DNA from: an uncultured Gammaproteobacteria bacterium
Lineage (GTDB): Bacteria > Pseudomonadota > Gammaproteobacteria > CAWCPV01
Assembly: GCA_963797555.1 (NCBI GenBank)
Contig: CAWCPV010000003.1
Span: forward strand, 352,001-416,000
Length of the DNA: 64,000 nucleotides
Direction: 5' to 3'
The notes under the pieces were generated by a model. It ran no database searches, was not told where the DNA came from, and worked only from the letters and a program-made list of their open reading frames with translations. Positions 62,694 through 64,000 of the stretch are shown one piece after another. How positions within the stretch are numbered: position 1 is the first letter of the stretch; each line of letters starts with the position of its first letter. The position numbers and the translations under genes were made by a program.

Positions 62694-63407
62694 GTGCTAT
62701 CCTTCGTGCAGTCACTTCACGACCTGAACCGCCAGCCGCAGCATGTCATCCAGCGCGGCAACAACCGCCAGGTGATCTTCGCCGCGGATGCGGACTATCA
62801 GTTTTTTCGCGATGCCCTGGTGGAAGCGGCAAGTCAGCATGGTCTGTCGATCCACGCGTATGTCTGGATGACCAACCACATCCATCTCCTGGCCACACCT
62901 GAATGCGACCACAGCATCAGCAAAGTCCTCCAGTCAGTGGGTCGGCGTTATGTGCAGTACTTCAACTTCGCATACCGGCGCAGCGGCACCTTGTGGGAAG
63001 GCCGCTACCGGGCGACGGTCGTCGATAGCGAGCGGTATCTGCTGACGCTGATGCGCTACATCGAGCTCAACCCGGTGCGGGCGGCCCTGGTGGCGCACCC
63101 CAGGGATTACCCCTGGTCCAGCTACCGGCGCAATGCGCATGGCGAGTCGGGATTGAACGCAGACTGGATGAGGCCGCACGAGGAATATCTGCGCTTGGGC
63201 CTTACTCCGGCGGAGCGGCAAGGTGCCTACCGGCAATTGTTCCGGGCGGCCGTCTCCGGCAACGACCTGAGGGAGATCCGTGAGTGCACGCACAAGGGCT
63301 GGGCGCTCGGCGGCAACCGGTTCAGGGACCAGGTCGAGGCGCTGGGGCAGCGGCGTGCAGCGTCCAAGGGTGTGGGCAGGCCGAGAAAGGACGATCATCG
63401 CGTCTGA
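62694..63407 (+). CDS. REP-associated tyrosine transposase (RAYT, IS200/Y1 family); N-terminus uncertain
   Basis: HVIQRGNNRQ.IF, YVWMTNHIHLL (HuH), GTLWEGRY, YIELNPVRA, YPWSSY. Confidence 0.92.
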   Translation: MLSFVQSLHDLNRQPQHVIQRGNNRQVIFAADADYQFFRDALVEAASQHGLSIHAYVWMTNHIHLLATPECDHSISKVLQSVGRRYVQYFNFAYRRSGTLWEGRYRATVVDSERYLLTLMRYIELNPVRAALVAHPRDYPWSSYRRNAHGESGLNADWMRPHEEYLRLGLTPAERQGAYRQLFRAAVSGNDLREIRECTHKGWALGGNRFRDQVEALGQRRAASKGVGRPRKDDHRV

Positions 63408-63671
63408 CCCGTGTCTGGCCCCGTTCCTCTCGTTTCGTCGTCGTGTTCATCTTCGCCTCCTCGTTCGCCCCTCGGACCCGTCCCGGGGTTGAGCACATAT
63501 CAGGCGTCGGTGGCGACGAAGCTCAAGGTATTTCGACGGGTTACGACTCCCTGACAGCGGCGAACACCGCACATGAGGAGCTGGGGCGCCTTGGCCCACA
63601 TACGGCGTTGACGGGCGATGTCCTGATCACGTATACGTGAGCCCTCTTTGCACCCTGGACGTGAGGGAGAG

Positions 63672-63872
63672 GTGCCCGAGCACAACGACGAGAAGAAGCT
63701 CCGCATTCGCATGGACGAGGAGCTTCACCGACAGATTGGGATTCGTTGCGCCGAGATCGACACGACCATCGAGGACTCTGTCGTGGAGATGCTGGAACGG
63801 GACCTTTCGGCCAACGGAATCAGGAGTCGGTCCTCAGCAAGGTCTCCGGGGCGGAGGGAGAAGGGTCGATGA
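63672..63872 (+). CDS. Small ribbon-helix-helix-like DNA-binding protein
   Basis: KKLRIRMDEELHRQIGIRCAE..TTIEDSVVEML; GAGG RBS. Confidence 0.65.
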   Translation: MPEHNDEKKLRIRMDEELHRQIGIRCAEIDTTIEDSVVEMLERDLSANGIRSRSSARSPGRREKGR

Positions 63873-64000
63873 TCCGAAAGTCCCGCGCCAAGGCGGATCC
63901 GATGGAGCAAGAGATCGAGCGTGCGCTCAAGCCTGGAGCTTTCATCCCCGACCGCGCGTGCTTCTCGTTTGTGACCCGCCTCGCTGCGGTTGCCGCCAAG
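63869..64000 (+). CDS. Hypothetical protein, 5' part (runs off the window)
   Basis: ATGA-coupled to the RHH gene; MIRKSRAKADPMEQEIERALKPGAFIPDRACFSFV... Confidence 0.55.
   Translation, partial: MIRKSRAKADPMEQEIERALKPGAFIPDRACFSFVTRLAAVAAK

Overview
A GC-rich, probably gammaproteobacterial chromosomal window. Many 1-bp frameshifts, even in core genes, suggest long-read assembly errors, so pseudogene calls are tentative. (i) 1-2.1 kb: edge of a possible integrated element with small unknown ORFs and a four-copy, type I-E-CRISPR-like repeat array whose spacers are palindromic, next to tRNA-Leu. (ii) 2.1-26.5 kb: core region with uvrC-pgsA-tRNA-Gly-tRNA-Cys-[ISL3]-tRNA-Leu, thioredoxins, a pentapeptide-repeat protein, a DUF692/DUF2063 bufferin-type RiPP cluster, ArnT/PAP2, YeeE/YedE, a degenerate DHDPS-like protein, a GT4 and maeB. 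(iii) 26.5-41.9 kb: a ~15.4-kb island bounded by an exact 31-bp direct repeat overlapping the stop codon of a cation:proton antiporter gene. It carries two caspase-WD40 paralogs (one with an internal ~220-bp inversion), an ESCRT-III/PspA-like coiled-coil gene next to a Vps4-like AAA ATPase, membrane and DUF4384-like proteins, MazG-like and UDG-like genes, and a convergent operon (ACP-like, XRE, IrrE plus chagasin-like inhibitor, papain-like protease, thymidylate-synthase-like protein). (iv) 41.9-52.2 kb: core genes (srkA, aldo/keto reductase, SMUG1-like UDG, pncA, large FAD/Fe-S oxidoreductase). (v) 52.7-64 kb: second accessory region with an ATPase/TPR pair, IS4 remnant, multidomain alpha/beta hydrolase, GmrSD split by IS1380, and a RAYT-like transposase with REP-like motifs.
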